This document shows positions 10,342-21,816 of a DNA stretch of 64,000 nucleotides, one piece after another. The first letter of the stretch is position 1, and every line of letters begins with the position of its first letter. A program made the translations under genes and the position numbers. This DNA comes from a virus. The stretch is from positions 22,792-86,791 of the IMG/VR virus record IMGVR_UViG_3300027870_000001; one strand, given 5' to 3'. Below the pieces are notes generated by a model, which saw only the letters and a program-made list of their open reading frames with translations, was not told the DNA's origin and did not search any database.

Positions 10342-13300
10342 ATGGACGAACCTGAGACACCCACCACCCACCCGGCCCGCATGTACGCCCGGCTCACCGA
10401 CGGATCAGACGGCTGCTCCGCCGGCACCGCCATGGCCGAGACTGCCCTGTGCAGCGAGTGCATCACCCTCAACGAACACAACGGGGCGCTCGACACCGAA
10501 GGGCTGGTCGACTGCACCGGCAACGAGGCCCTGGAGTGCCAGAACTGCGGCCGGCACGACGCTGACGTCGCCGCCGAACCCGACGCCTCGACCTGGGCGG
10601 TGCCGCCCGAAGGCTGGCACCTCAAGCCCGGCCCCGAAGGCGGCGCGAACATCTACCACGACGGGGCCCTCGTCGCGGTCGTCACCGAAGCCCCAGCGGG
10701 TCGGGTCCTCGTGACCCAGACCATCATCGGCGGCGAGGAGCGGCCCCCCTGCGAGTACCGGGAGTACCGGGCCTCGGGGGTCGTGGTCACCCGCGACGCC
10801 TGGACCGTGTTCGCCGCCGAGCTGACGGTCCGCCCCGCAACGACAGCGACGGTCAGGCTGTGAACGCCGTCAACGCCGCCCTGCCGTCCCCGCGAGGGCG
10901 GGGCGAGTTCCGCACCCGCACCTGGACCGCGAACGGTCCTGGAGCATCTGGGCGCACCTACGTGACGCTCCAGTACATGGCCGCACCCGACCACCCGGGC
11001 TACGGGGTCTGGGAGGACGTGACCACGTTCATCTCGCTCGACGCTGCCCACGAGTTCATCGAGAACCCACCGTCGTGGTGGACCAACCCCAACAGCGACG
11101 AGGTGCCCGATGCCTGAGTTCCAGGTCACCCTCAACGAGCGGATCACCGCCGACACCTACGAGGAGGCCCGAGCTCAGATGGCCGGGCTGCTCTCCTCCG
11201 GTGGCCTGATCGACTGCACCCTCGCCCCCGTCGATGCCCTCCCCGTCTGGCCCGCCGAACGCCGCCTCGCCTACAGGCTGTGGCAGGTCCGGTACAACGA
11301 GGTCGGCCACCAGACCTTCGACATGCTGGCCCAGTTCGTGATCAGTGTCCTGGAGCTGGAGTTCACCGGGTACACGGTCATGGACCTCCGTGACGAGCTC
11401 GACTGGGCCATCCGCGACGCCGGCCCTCGGCCTCTCGCGGACGACTTCGCGTTCCGTGCCTGGTGCGAAGGGATCACCGACACCGTGGTCCGCGCCCTGC
11501 GGGTCGCCCAAGCCGAACACACCGGAGGGACGTGATGGTCGACGAGAGTGAACGCATCTGGTGGGCCACGTGCACTCCACCACCACCCGACGACGACCCG
11601 GTCCCCGGTGGGGTGGCGTGGACGAAGTGGCGCCAAGACCTCATGGCCGCGGTCGTCGACCAGCTCGACCGCGACGCCGAAACCCGCCCCGACCCGACGA
11701 CCAGGATCTGGCAGTTCGGGTCGTTCCTCCCGTCGCCCGGCTGCGACCCCGACGACAACACGATCCTCGCCCTCACCACGATCAGAGCCAACCCCAACAA
11801 CGAAACGAGCACCTGATGCCCGACTACCACGTGATCCTGTCCGAACGGGTCACCGCCGACGACGAGGCCGAGGCCATCGACGAGATGCGCGCCATCATCG
11901 ACCGCGGTGTCCCCGACAGCGACTTCACCGTCGACGTCGACCCCGCCGACCCGGCGTCCCCGACGTCGCTCGCCATCCTGGTCGCGACCCTCGCCGCCTG
12001 GCCGACGAGCGGCGACCAGACCGCCCGGGTCCAGTGGCTCACCGAAGCCAACCGGGCCATCGAACGGCAGCTTTGCCTCGCCGCCTTGGAAGCGATCGCG
12101 GCGCTCACCCCGGCCCGGTTCCTCCAGGTCGAGGACTCGGACCAGACCCTCGGGGAGCTGGCCTGGTACGGGTTCACCGACGGGGCCGAGCTCGACCGGG
12201 ACGACGGCGACGAACGCGACGCCGACGACGAGGTCGTCGACGAGGTCCGGGAGCTGATCGTGTGGTGCAATGACGGCACCCGCGACACGTGGCTCCCGTT
12301 CTTCCAAGGCCGGTCGTCGCGGCGTGAAGGGAACCGGGGGCTCATCGACCTCGGCAAGATCAGGGAGCGCACAGCATGAAGGAGTACCGAGACGTGAAGA
12401 CCCGGTGCCCGCACGGCTGCCGAGGTGACCTCGACAACGCGACGGGCCAAGCGGACTTCGTGACCTGCACCGTGTGCGGTGACGAGTGGACCCCGGAGCT
12501 GGTCGACTGGCTCCTCAGCCCGTCCCAGGCCGAGGCCCTCGCGATCCTCGTTCACCAGACCGAACGGCGCGGCAGGTACGCCTGCTGGCCGACGAACAAG
12601 AACGACGCGGAGGTCGGGGCGGTGGCCACCGGGTCGGTCGGGGTGCTCGCCGCGTCCGAGCTGGCCAAGCCCGGCAACGCCGGCTACTGGATGGCCACCG
12701 ACCTCGGGATCGCGGTCCACCAAGCGAGGGCAGCATGAACGACGTGCCGGCTGTGGCGGTGACCCGAACCTTCGACCAGACCATGGCCGCGGTGTCGGGG
12801 CTCGCCGGGCCACTCATCGACCCGACCCGGTTCGGGCACCCCAACGACCTGACCGCCCCCACCACCTACCCGCAGCCCGACACCTGGCGCGACCCGATCG
12901 AGTTCGACAGCGAGGTCCGAGCGATGCGCGCCTGGGCCAAGCCCCTCGTCGCCGCCATCCAGTACCGGACCATGGACTACAGCCGCCAGACCGGCCCACC
13001 CCCAGCCACCGGCGCCTGGTCGTTCCACCTCGACCCGTGGGCGATGACCGTCGTCTCGGTCGAGGCGATGTTCCTGTCGACCAGCCAAGCCTCCGTCGCT
13101 GACCATCCGAACCCCGACGCCTTCGCCACGGTGACGGTGTCGCAGCACGCCTCGCTCCTCCGGGCATGGGCCTACCGCACCGGCCCACCCGACGCCCCTG
13201 GCCCCGAGGCGGAACGGGCCCTGTACCTGGAGATTTGGGAGGCGATCAACCGCATCGAGTCCCATGAGCGCATGGAGCACTTCAAGGTGTACGGGGTCCC

Positions 13301-13950
13301 GGTGTTCGACCCTCACCCGTCCGGTTCGTCGTCGCCGGCCCCGTGGCACCCATGACCGGCTGGCAGCTCCCCGGGCTCCCCCAGCTCCGCACCTGGGTCG
13401 ACGACGAGTTGGAGCGCCTCTCGGACGAGCTGTACGTGCCGCTGGCCGAAGGTGTCGAGGGCCGGCTCGACGACCAGGGCCGGTACCTCGTGCTGATCGG
13501 GATCCGGGCCACGACCCCTCGGGTGCCGGGCGCGGTCGGCCGCTACCTCGACGGTCTGCCACGGGACTGGCCGGTCATGGTGCCGTACGTCATCAACCCG
13601 CGGCTCGCGGGGATGCTGGAGCGCCGCGGGTTCTTCGAGCTCGACCGGGGCGACGGCGTCTGGGTTCGGCCGTGAAGATGACCTCGGACGACGTCGCCTA
13701 CCGGGAGAAGATCCGCGACCGGATCCGTCGCCGCCGGCCGGGGATCAGCTCGCAGCAGATGGCGGTCACCGCCCGTGCGTTGCAGCTCCTCCTCCAAGAC
13801 GCGGACGAGGCGACGGCGTTGCGGGCCGAGGTCGCCTGGTATCGGGCCAGGTTGGAGCGGGGTGCGTGGATGCCCGATGGGATGCCGCTCCCCACGGACC
13901 CGCCTGAGCCGCCGCCGTCGGGGGACACCCGACCCCGGATGGTCCTCTGA
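10342..13950 (+). other. Cassette of 9 small CDS (10342-10863, 10860-11117, 11110-11535, 11535-11816, 11816-12379, 12376-12738, 12735-13355, 13352-13675, 13672-13950)
   Basis: Overlapping start/stop chain; CxxC pairs in 10342-10863 and 12376-12738. Confidence 0.6.
13352..13675 (+). CDS. Possible GNAT-like protein
   Basis: C-terminal VINPRLAGMLERRGF resembles the GNAT C-terminal motif. Confidence 0.3.
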   Translation: MTGWQLPGLPQLRTWVDDELERLSDELYVPLAEGVEGRLDDQGRYLVLIGIRATTPRVPGAVGRYLDGLPRDWPVMVPYVINPRLAGMLERRGFFELDRGDGVWVRP

Positions 13951-13964
13951 CCCCGCCTTGCCTC

Positions 13965-13986
13965 ACTGTCTCGGATCAGCTACAGT
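13965..13986 (+). promoter_or_regulatory. Repeat promoter, leaderless start at 13994
   Basis: TTGCCT-17-TACAGT with ACTGTC in spacer, 7 nt to ATG. Confidence 0.8.
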
Positions 13987-13993
13987 TCCAGCC

Positions 13994-14224
13994 ATGTACG
14001 CATCGCACCTGAACTTCGGAACCGACACCCTGATCGACGTCCCCCAAGACGCCCGCACCGGCCCAGCCGAACACGTCATGATCGTCCAGATCATCGACGG
14101 CCCCTACCGAGGCGAGATCGTCGCCACCGTCGGCATCAACGACGAGGCCCTCTACTGCGTCGACCCCACCAAGACCGACGACCAGCTCGACATCGCCTGC
14201 TCCGCCCTGATCCAAGGGTTCTGA
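13994..14224 (+). CDS. Hypothetical protein
   Basis: Start defined by the repeat promoter. Confidence 0.55.
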   Translation: MYASHLNFGTDTLIDVPQDARTGPAEHVMIVQIIDGPYRGEIVATVGINDEALYCVDPTKTDDQLDIACSALIQGF

Positions 14225-14228
14225 CCCC

Positions 14229-14744
14229 ATGGACGAGGTGCGGGCCATCACCCTCAAGCAGCCGTGGGGATGGGCCATCACCCACGCCGGGAAGCGGATC
14301 GAGAACCGACCGACCCTGTGGAAGTACCGGGGCATCCTTCTCATCCACGTCGGGGCCGGCTGGGACACCGACGGCCAACGCGACCAGCGAGTCCTGGAGG
14401 CGTTCCAGGCCCAACGGCCCGGCGAACGATGCTGGCCATCGAGCTTCACGTCGTCCGCGATCGTGGCCCGCAGCCGCCTGGTCGACGTCCACCACGCGAC
14501 CGCCCGCTGCTACATGGGCGGCTGCGCCCCGTGGGGAGCGATGTACCCGAAGGCCACCCACCTCGTGCTGGCCGACCTGGAGGTGCTGCCCGTGCCGATC
14601 AGGTGGCGGCAGGGAGCCCTCGGACTCTGGCGTCCACCCCCACACCTGATCGCCGCGGTCGACCGCGACCTCGCCGGCTCGCTGGAGGAGTACGCCGACG
14701 AGGTCGCGGCCCGGCGCGCCGAACTCCAGGAGCCGGGATCGTGA
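14229..14744 (+). CDS. ASCH-domain protein
   Basis: RAITLKQPWGWAI, GKRIENR, YRGILLIHVG, GALGLW. Confidence 0.8.
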   Translation: MDEVRAITLKQPWGWAITHAGKRIENRPTLWKYRGILLIHVGAGWDTDGQRDQRVLEAFQAQRPGERCWPSSFTSSAIVARSRLVDVHHATARCYMGGCAPWGAMYPKATHLVLADLEVLPVPIRWRQGALGLWRPPPHLIAAVDRDLAGSLEEYADEVAARRAELQEPGS

Positions 14745-14922
14745 GCGGTGACGGGTGGCGGTGCCGGCGTTGTGGCTCGGCCCGCTGGGTCCAGGTGTCG
14801 CTCACCGGCCCCGTCTCGATGGGCGGCAAGCCGATCGCCCAGTGCGTGCCGTGCGGCGCCTACGGCGACCTCCCCAAGGCCGAGCCCGAGCCGACGACCG
14901 TCTGGACGGAGCCGACATCGTG

Positions 14923-15324
14923 ATGCACCTCGTCGCCCTCGACGGCTACCCGACCACCGACCGGCGCACCCTCCACGTGGCACGGGTCGACGGCTACGAG
15001 GTGCCGGTCCTCCGAGCCCCTGGACCCGACACGCCCCGCGGCCACCAGGGCGCGGAGCGGATCGGGCGCGCCACGATCACCCGGCACGACCGGAAGACCG
15101 GGCTCCACTGGTCCCGGGCGGAGCTGTGGGCGGAGACGTTCGTCGCCGTGCCCCCGGGCTGGTGGCTGTCCCCGTCGATCGCCGGCACGTTCCAAGGCGT
15201 CGAGGTCGAGGATGCCCCCCTGGCGATCTGCGTCCTGGGTGCGAAAGTCCAGGGGCTCACCCTCGCCCCCGTGTCGTCGTGGCCGTGGCCATGCGAACCG
15301 CCACCCGTGACCCCTCCGTCCTGA
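14923..15324 (+). CDS. Hypothetical protein (preceded by small Zn-ribbon ORF 14741-14923)
   Basis: TGATG overlap; upstream ORF has CRRC...CVPC. Confidence 0.5.
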   Translation: MHLVALDGYPTTDRRTLHVARVDGYEVPVLRAPGPDTPRGHQGAERIGRATITRHDRKTGLHWSRAELWAETFVAVPPGWWLSPSIAGTFQGVEVEDAPLAICVLGAKVQGLTLAPVSSWPWPCEPPPVTPPS

Positions 15325-15345
15325 CCGTCTCGGATCGGCTACAGT
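15324..15345 (+). promoter_or_regulatory. Repeat promoter (leadered; RBS repeat follows)
   Basis: ACCGTCTCGGATCGGCTACAGT. Confidence 0.8.
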
Positions 15346-15370
15346 AAGCCGTTCCTCCCAGTCCCAACCT

Positions 15371-15397
15371 GGAGCCCCAACATGACCGACCTGCCCC
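15371..15397 (+). repeat. 27-nt start-associated repeat GGAGCCCCAACATGACCGACCTGCCCC, copy 1
   Basis: Exact copies at 26331-26357 and 29588-29614. Confidence 0.85.
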
Positions 15398-18300
15398 ACC
15401 CGTTCGACGCCATCGCCCTCGGTGCCGCCGAGTACGGATCGCTCACCGGCCGCGACCTCGCCGCCGCCTACGGCTCGGAGACGGTGAACAACGCCCGAGC
15501 CGTGCTGCCCTTCGGCAGCGTCCGGTCCTACGTCGCGGCGTACTCGATGCTCAGCGAGGTGATCGCCGCCCTGCTCGCCGCTGACCCCGAGGAGGACACC
15601 GACGAGGACGTGCGCGACATGGTGCTGCGCCGCACCCTCGCGGAAGCGGTCGTGTCGGCTCTGCCCCGCGACGTCCACGCCGACATGGGCGCGGCCCCCG
15701 GCCCGTGGGAATCGTGGCTCCTCGTCGACCGGGACGGCGAGGTGACCGGCGACGAGTTCCTCAACGAGTGGACGGGTGACCGGTCCTGGGAGTCGACCCT
15801 GGCCATGTACTCGATGCTCGGCTACCAAGGGTTCCGGCACCGGCACGAGGTGCCGGTCACGTCGACGCGGCTCAAGGTGATGATCGCGGACGGCACCGTG
15901 CCCCTCGTGCCGCTCCCCACGATGGTGCAGGACCGCCAGGATCGCTCCGAGACGCCCTCCGAGCCTGTCCCGCCCCATCCGCCCCACGACGGGGCCGGCG
16001 CCCCTGAGGTCGAGTCGCTCGACGACGTCCTCACCAACGGCCGGATCCCCGACATCGAGATCCTCGGCCCCCACCACGATCAGGCCATCATCGACGACCC
16101 GCTCCTCGGAGAAGCCCGGCCGTGACCTACAGCCACGCCCCCGGCCTCGGGATCCGTCTCGCCCAGATGGCGGAGCGTGCCTCGGTCCCTGGCCACCAGC
16201 TCACCCTCGTCCCCGAAGACCCACCCGAGCTGCACAACGCGACCACCTACGGGACCGTCGTCCACACCGCCGAGCTCGAAGACGGCGTCGGCAACCCAGT
16301 GGTCGTCGAAGCCCTCACCGAGATCCGAGGCGAGTGGCCGAACCCGTGGATCCGGGCCACGTGCTCATGCGGCTGGTCCGCCACCCGCCGCGACCGGTTC
16401 ACGATCGAGGAGAACGCGATCCACCACTGGCGCACCCACCACCTCAACCCCACCCTCGCTACGGAGGCCACCCCAACATGACCGACCTGCACCTCGTCGA
16501 AGCCCCACCCGGGCTCCCCGAAGTCGACCGCCTGGTCGACCTGCCCCACCCCGACCCCGAGATCCCGGCGTCGCTGCTGTTCCGGTTCTGGCCCGCCGGC
16601 CAAGCCTGGGCCCGCCGCCTCCCCGGCGACGACGACCGGTACGTCGCCGTGGTCCCGAAGCTCTACACGTGGGCGCTCATCGTCGGCACCGTCAACGACG
16701 AGTCCGGGTTCCGTGACCGCTGGTGCTACGAGGGGCTCCTCTCCGCGGTGCTCGCCGCCTCAGTGTGGGACGGGCGGGGCGAACCTGACGGCTGGCACCG
16801 CCACCCCGCCACCGGCCGACGCCGCACCCACGGCGACCCGACCACGGAGTACATCGCACCATGACCGACCCCCAGACCCAAGTCGAACTGTGGTCCCTCG
16901 ACCCCACCTACGGGCAGCCCGTGTGGAACGGCGGCGGCGAGGCCCCGTACTCATTCCGCGAAGCCAACTCGCCCTGCTCCGACGGCGACGAGGAGGTCCC
17001 GGCCAACGAGTGGATCGTCGAACGTGACGAGGACGGGCACCTCATGGCCGTCTGCTACTCCGAGGACGACGCAGCCCAGATCACCGCCATGCTGTGCCGG
17101 GCGCTCGGACCTCAACCAGGCCACGACCTGCTCGACGAGGGCCCGACGTGACCGCGCTGCTCATCGTCAGAGACGACCTGCACACCGTCAGGATCTTCAA
17201 CGCCCCCGAGGACATCAACCTCGCCTACGCGTTCTGCACCCAGACCGACGACCCGGACGGTCCGCTCACCCGCCGCGACGACTGGGATCACGAGATCCGG
17301 TACCGCGAGACGTGGGATCTGGCGCTCCGCCTCACCGACCCCACCGCCGAGATCGACCTCGTGTTCACCGAAGGACCCGAGCGATGGCACGTGGACCGGT
17401 TCCGCATCGTCCCGGTGTTCGGCGTGTGGTCCCACCCGATCAACGTCGCTCGCACCCCCGGCGACGAGTTGGCCATCACGATCAGCGGCCCCGACATCTC
17501 GTGGAGAAACCTCCACGATGGATGACGACGACGACTACGACGACGTGGACCCGGAGGTGTACGTCTGCCACACCTCCTCGAAGGAGACGGTCCTCGACTT
17601 CCTCGGGTTCCTCGTCGACGACGGCACCCAGCTCGACCTGCTCCCCCTGGAGATCACCCCCGGCTGGGCCCGCACCCCGATGGGCCTCCCCCGCCCCCGG
17701 TCGGTGCCCGACGGTCGGCTCCCTGTCCCGTACGTGGCGTCCGACGTCGACAACCTGGGGCAGACCTCCGCCGAGCGCCTGTACCTGTGCGTGATCGACG
17801 GCCGCTGCCAGGTGTGCGGCCGGAAGTTCGACGAGGGCGAGGACGCGCTGGTCGCCGCAGCGTTCGGGCACCGGATCGTGATCGACGGTGCGGCGATCCA
17901 TCCGGTCGGGTGCTGGCCGTTGGCGCTCAAGCATTGCCCGCACCTCCAAGGGATCCACGAGAGCGGCGCGTTGCTGGTGTGGATCCAGCCGATCTCCGAC
18001 TACAAGATCGACGTGGTCGAGGTCGACGGTCGCCGCCTGGAGGGCTACGCGTGTCCGCCGTTCGAGAAGGGCAACATGTACCTGAACGACAGGATCCGTG
18101 AGCTGCTCGCAGCGGAGGGAGAACCGGGATGACGATCTGGGGTGGCCTGTACGTCGCCGGGTTCATCGGCTTGGCGATCGCCCGGTGGGGCCGGCACCGG
18201 TGGCAGCACCGGGTCGGTGTGGCCATGGTGACGGTGATGCTCGCCGCTGACGTGGCCGGCACGGTGGCCACCCCGACGTGTCTCGGGTCGATCTTCCTGT

Positions 18301-18847
18301 TCGCCATGGGCACCTCGCTGGCCTCGTACATCGTGTGGGTCCAAGGCCACTGGACCTGGGGCGACGAGCCCGAGCTTGAGGCGGACGTCGACCCCACCGA
18401 CGCCGAGGCCGACCGGCTCCTCACCGAGTTCCCGGCCGACATGATCCGCCGGATCCAGCAGATCAACAGCGGCGCCGACCGGTCCGTCGAGAACCTCGCG
18501 GAGGTGTGGCAGATGCTCTACAAGGGCCGCACGTTCGACTGGACGAGGCCCACCGCGGACCTGATCCACGAGGTCGAGGTCGCGCTCTCGTTCTACCAAG
18601 ACCCAGCCGAAGACCCCCAGGACCCCACCCCATGACCGACATGAAGCCCGACGCTCGCCAGCTCGGCGTGTTCCTCATCACGACGACGGCAATCGTCGCG
18701 ATCGTGATCTGTTTGACCGGTGTGACCCACCGCGTCCGCGCCGACGGCGACCGCGAGGAACGTGAGCGCACCGAGGCGATCCACGCCTGCAACCAGTTCG
18801 AGTCCCCGGAGGCTCGGCTCGGGTGCCTAGCGATCCTCACCAAGTGA
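15382..18847 (+). other. Cassette of hypothetical CDS (15382-16125, 16122-16481, 16478-16864, 16861-17151, 17148-17525, 17518-18132, 18129-18635, 18632-18847)
   Basis: Overlapping start/stop chain; last two have hydrophobic segments. Confidence 0.6.
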
Positions 18848-19359
18848 GCGCCGTGCTGTCGGCCGATGGCCGCTACCGGTACCGGCTCACCCGCCACCTG
18901 GAGCCCACGCTCGACACGATCCCCGGCAAGACCGTCGTGTTCGTCATGCTCAACCCGTCCACCGCAGACGCCGAGCTCAACGACCCGACCACCACGAGGT
19001 GCATCGGGTACGCGGCACGGGAGCACGCCGAGTGGCTCCACCTCGTGAACCTGTACGCCTACCGGACCCCTCACCCGAAGGTGCTCGCCGCCGCTCACCG
19101 CGACGGCGTGAACATCGTCGGCAACCCTGATGCTGACCGGCACCTCGGAGACGTGCTGTCGGAGGCTGGCAGCGGGCTGACGGTGATCGCCGGCTGGGGC
19201 AACCGGCCCGCCGGGATCCCTGAGCCGTTCCACCGGGCGGTCGAGTTCGCGATGCTCGACCGGGTCGGTCCGACGGTCGCGCTCAAGGTCACCGGTCAGG
19301 GTGCCCCGTGGCATCCGCTGTACCTGGCCGCTGACCTGCCGCTCCTCCCGTACACCTGA
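18844..19359 (+). CDS. DUF1643 family protein
   Basis: SADGRYRYRLTR, VFVMLNPSTAD, DPTTTRC, VNLYAYR, AGWGN, PWHPLY. Confidence 0.85.
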   Translation: MSAVLSADGRYRYRLTRHLEPTLDTIPGKTVVFVMLNPSTADAELNDPTTTRCIGYAAREHAEWLHLVNLYAYRTPHPKVLAAAHRDGVNIVGNPDADRHLGDVLSEAGSGLTVIAGWGNRPAGIPEPFHRAVEFAMLDRVGPTVALKVTGQGAPWHPLYLAADLPLLPYT

Positions 19360-19362
19360 CCG

Positions 19363-19385
19363 ACTGTCGCCGGAACAGGTAGCAT
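19363..19385 (+). promoter_or_regulatory. Repeat promoter variant driving putative ncRNA-1
   Basis: ACTGTCGCCGGAACAGG-TAGCAT. Confidence 0.6.
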
Positions 19386-19389
19386 CGGA

Positions 19390-19486
19390 GAGCTGGTGGG
19401 AGTGAGTGAACAACTGCCCGCCCGTGGAGACACTGGCATCCCAGCCCGCAAGGGGTTGGAGTGGACAGCACTACTCCCGCCAGCTC
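19390..19486 (+). ncRNA. Putative structured ncRNA-1 (about 95 nt; long basal stem, three-way junction, two GNRA tetraloops)
   Basis: GAGCTGGTGGGAGT (19390-19403) pairs with ACTCCCGCCAGCTC (19473-19486); GTG-GAGA-CAC and CCAGCCC-GCAA-GGGGTTGG hairpins; own promoter and terminator. Confidence 0.65.
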
Positions 19487-19500
19487 ACCCCAGGAACGAC

Positions 19501-19534
19501 GAAGGCCCCGGGGGTCGCACGGTCCGGGGCCTTC
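19501..19534. terminator. Hairpin between convergent transcripts (probable bidirectional terminator)
   Basis: GAAGGCCCCGG...CCGGGGCCTTC 11-bp stem. Confidence 0.7.
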
Positions 19535-19566
19535 GGTCGATGTCCGCTGTGGACGGTAGCTGGCGG

Positions 19567-20136
19567 CTACCTCCAGTTGTGGGGACCTTGCCCGGTCCGG
19601 TAGTTGTCGACGCCGCGGTTCCACAGCCACGCCCCGCACGAAACTTGGGCAGCGGGCCCGACATGGTCGAGGGTCGTGTTGTACCCGCACTTCCGGGCCC
19701 AGCCGAGGAGCATCCCGTAGTACCCGGCGGCGGTCGACGCCGAGTTGCGGACCCACCACCGGAACCGGGACTCACGCCACGCGATGTAGCAGGTCGGGCG
19801 GTCGCGGCCGTTGCACACCTCCAGGCCGTCGATCCAGCACGACGACGAGTACCGGGTGCATGGCTGGTTGCGGATCTCCGCAGCGTGCGCGACGGCGGCG
19901 GCGAAGGCGACGAGCCGGGCGTAGTCGGCCTGACGGTTGAGCTCGGTGTACCACGTCCAGACGTCGATCTCGTGTTGGGTCGGGGCCTTCGCCACTGGTC
20001 GGCTGGCGGGGGCGGTGGCCGCGACGTGGACGGTCTGGGCGGCGCCCGGTGGGGGTTGGCACCCGACGAGCGCGGTGAGGGTGATGGCTGCCGTGAGTGC
20101 CACGACAGCGAGGTGTCTGATGGTTGGTTTCAGCAT
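19567..20136 (-). CDS. Putative lipoprotein with lytic-transglycosylase/Rpf-like domain
   Basis: Signal peptide with lipobox-like LVGC; IAWRES...RNSASTAAGYYGML motif; divergent promoter at 20143-20163. Confidence 0.6.
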   Translation of the reverse strand: MLKPTIRHLAVVALTAAITLTALVGCQPPPGAAQTVHVAATAPASRPVAKAPTQHEIDVWTWYTELNRQADYARLVAFAAAVAHAAEIRNQPCTRYSSSCWIDGLEVCNGRDRPTCYIAWRESRFRWWVRNSASTAAGYYGMLLGWARKCGYNTTLDHVGPAAQVSCGAWLWNRGVDNYRTGQGPHNWR

Positions 20137-20142
20137 CCCGAA

Positions 20143-20163
20143 AGGTTACGGGACCGTTACAGT
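20143..20163 (-). promoter_or_regulatory. Divergent variant of the repeat promoter
   Basis: Minus strand ACTGT-AACGGTCCCG-TAACCT, 6 nt to ATG at 20136. Confidence 0.5.
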
Positions 20164-20171
20164 CGGGATCA

Positions 20172-20194
20172 ACTGTCGGCCGTGAAGCGACAGT
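20172..20194. promoter_or_regulatory. Perfect-arm palindrome ACTGTCG-N9-CGACAGT (operator-like)
   Basis: Lies between divergent promoters; same half-site as the repeat promoter. Confidence 0.6.
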
Positions 20195-20211
20195 CCCGGC
20201 GTCCTTGCCCA

Positions 20212-20233
20212 ACTGTCTCGGATCGGCTACAGT
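20212..20233 (+). promoter_or_regulatory. Repeat promoter, leaderless start at 20242
   Basis: TTGCCC-17-TACAGT; ACTGTCTCGGATCGGCTACAGT, 8 nt to ATG. Confidence 0.8.
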
Positions 20234-20241
20234 CGCACGGC

Positions 20242-21816
20242 ATGGAAGCACCCACAGCACCCCCGACGTCACCCCTCGACGTCACCACCATGATCCCAGC
20301 ACAACGCGACGCCGAGATCGTCCGCCTCCAAGCCGAGACGTTCGACCACAGCGGCCACGTCTACGCCGGGCTCCCCACCTCCAGGCGACGTGCCCTCGTC
20401 AACCGGATCAACGCGCTCCGCAAGGCGAACGGCTGGTCCCCGATCAACATGAAGGGCCGCATCCGATGACCACCTACCAGATCATCGACGGCGGCAGCGT
20501 CGTCCAGTCGGTCGACGTGCTCTCCCTCACTGACCAGGAAGTGGCCGACGGCGTCGAGCTGGTCCTGGTCGAAGGGCTCCCCGCCAACGTGGCCGCGGCC
20601 TACCACCGGCGCCGCCTCCACTACAACCCCGAGGACCGGAACCGGGTCACCGTCGCCGCTACCGAGACGACCAACGTCACTCCACCGAACCTCGACCCGA
20701 ACCCCGACGCCAGGTACTTCGCCGTGCTCGTCGAGGTGTCGAAGGAAGGCCACTGGCAGGAGCCGTACGGTCTGTCCCGACGCCGCAACGACGGCACCGC
20801 CCGCCCGTTCGGAGGCGAGTGGGGGCTGCTCTCCAAGTGGGAAGCGGAACGGCTCCGCGACGCCTTCAACGCCGACGCCGTCACGGCCGGCCCTGACGCT
20901 GACCTCGTGTGCACCGCCCGGGTGGTCGAGTTCTGCCGCTGGGACCAAGACCCCGAGTGGCCTGAGGAGTGGGCATGACCTCCACCGGTGGCCCCAACGA
21001 CGGGGCCGAACACGACCGTCAGCTCCCGACTCTGCACCCGGTCCGCGACGGCCAACCGGTCGCCCCCGCCTACCGGTGCTCGGTGTGCCTGGTCGACGCC
21101 GAGGACCACCGGTTCGCGGCGTGCCGCGGTGGCCACTGGGCTGAGGTCCGACCCGACGGATCCAGGATCCCTCGCAACCCCGGCGACCGGCACGACGCGA
21201 TGGAACGCCACCCGTGGTGGCCGCTCCTGGAGCTGCTCACCTTCCACCCCGAGCTGCCCGTCCCGCAGCACTTCGACCTCGTGCTCCGCGGCCCCGACCA
21301 GCACCTCGCCTGGCTCGTCGGCTGCACCGAGATCGACCTGGCCCATGGCAACGGCCGCAACCCGGGCCCGGGCTACGCCTGGGTGACCCGCCAGTTCGGG
21401 GACACCACGGTGATGGCCATGTTCGACACCGTGTACCTCGGGGAGTGGGACTACGACCGAAGCGTGCTGCTCCTCGGGTCGGTCGATCAGGTCCGCGATA
21501 GGCTCCGCACGGCCATGGCCAAGACCGGGGAGGGATCGTGACCGACCTCACCCAAGACCGGCCGGCGTCCCCGGTCGCCCAAGCCGTCGACCTGCTGATT
21601 GCCGCGGGGATCCCCCCGGAGCGGCTGCGCGACCGGTACCACACCGACCCCGAGTTCCACCTCGTGGTGTTCCTCCTCGCCCGGCTGCTCCAGCGGGCCA
21701 ACGATGCCGGGATCGACCTCCTCACCGAGGACGAGGAGGCAGCGGCCGCGGTGGTCGCGCGAATGCGCCGGGTCGCCGCGCTCACCACGGCCACCCCGAC
21801 CAGGGCCGTCCTGTGA
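20242..21816 (+). other. Hypothetical CDS 20242-20469, 20466-20978, 20975-21541, 21538-21816
   Basis: Translationally coupled chain. Confidence 0.6.

Noticed and set aside
19390-19492. tRNA or hammerhead ribozyme (ends near ACCCCA)
   Set aside because: No TTCGA T-loop, D-loop or anticodon arm; no CTGATGA/GAAA core
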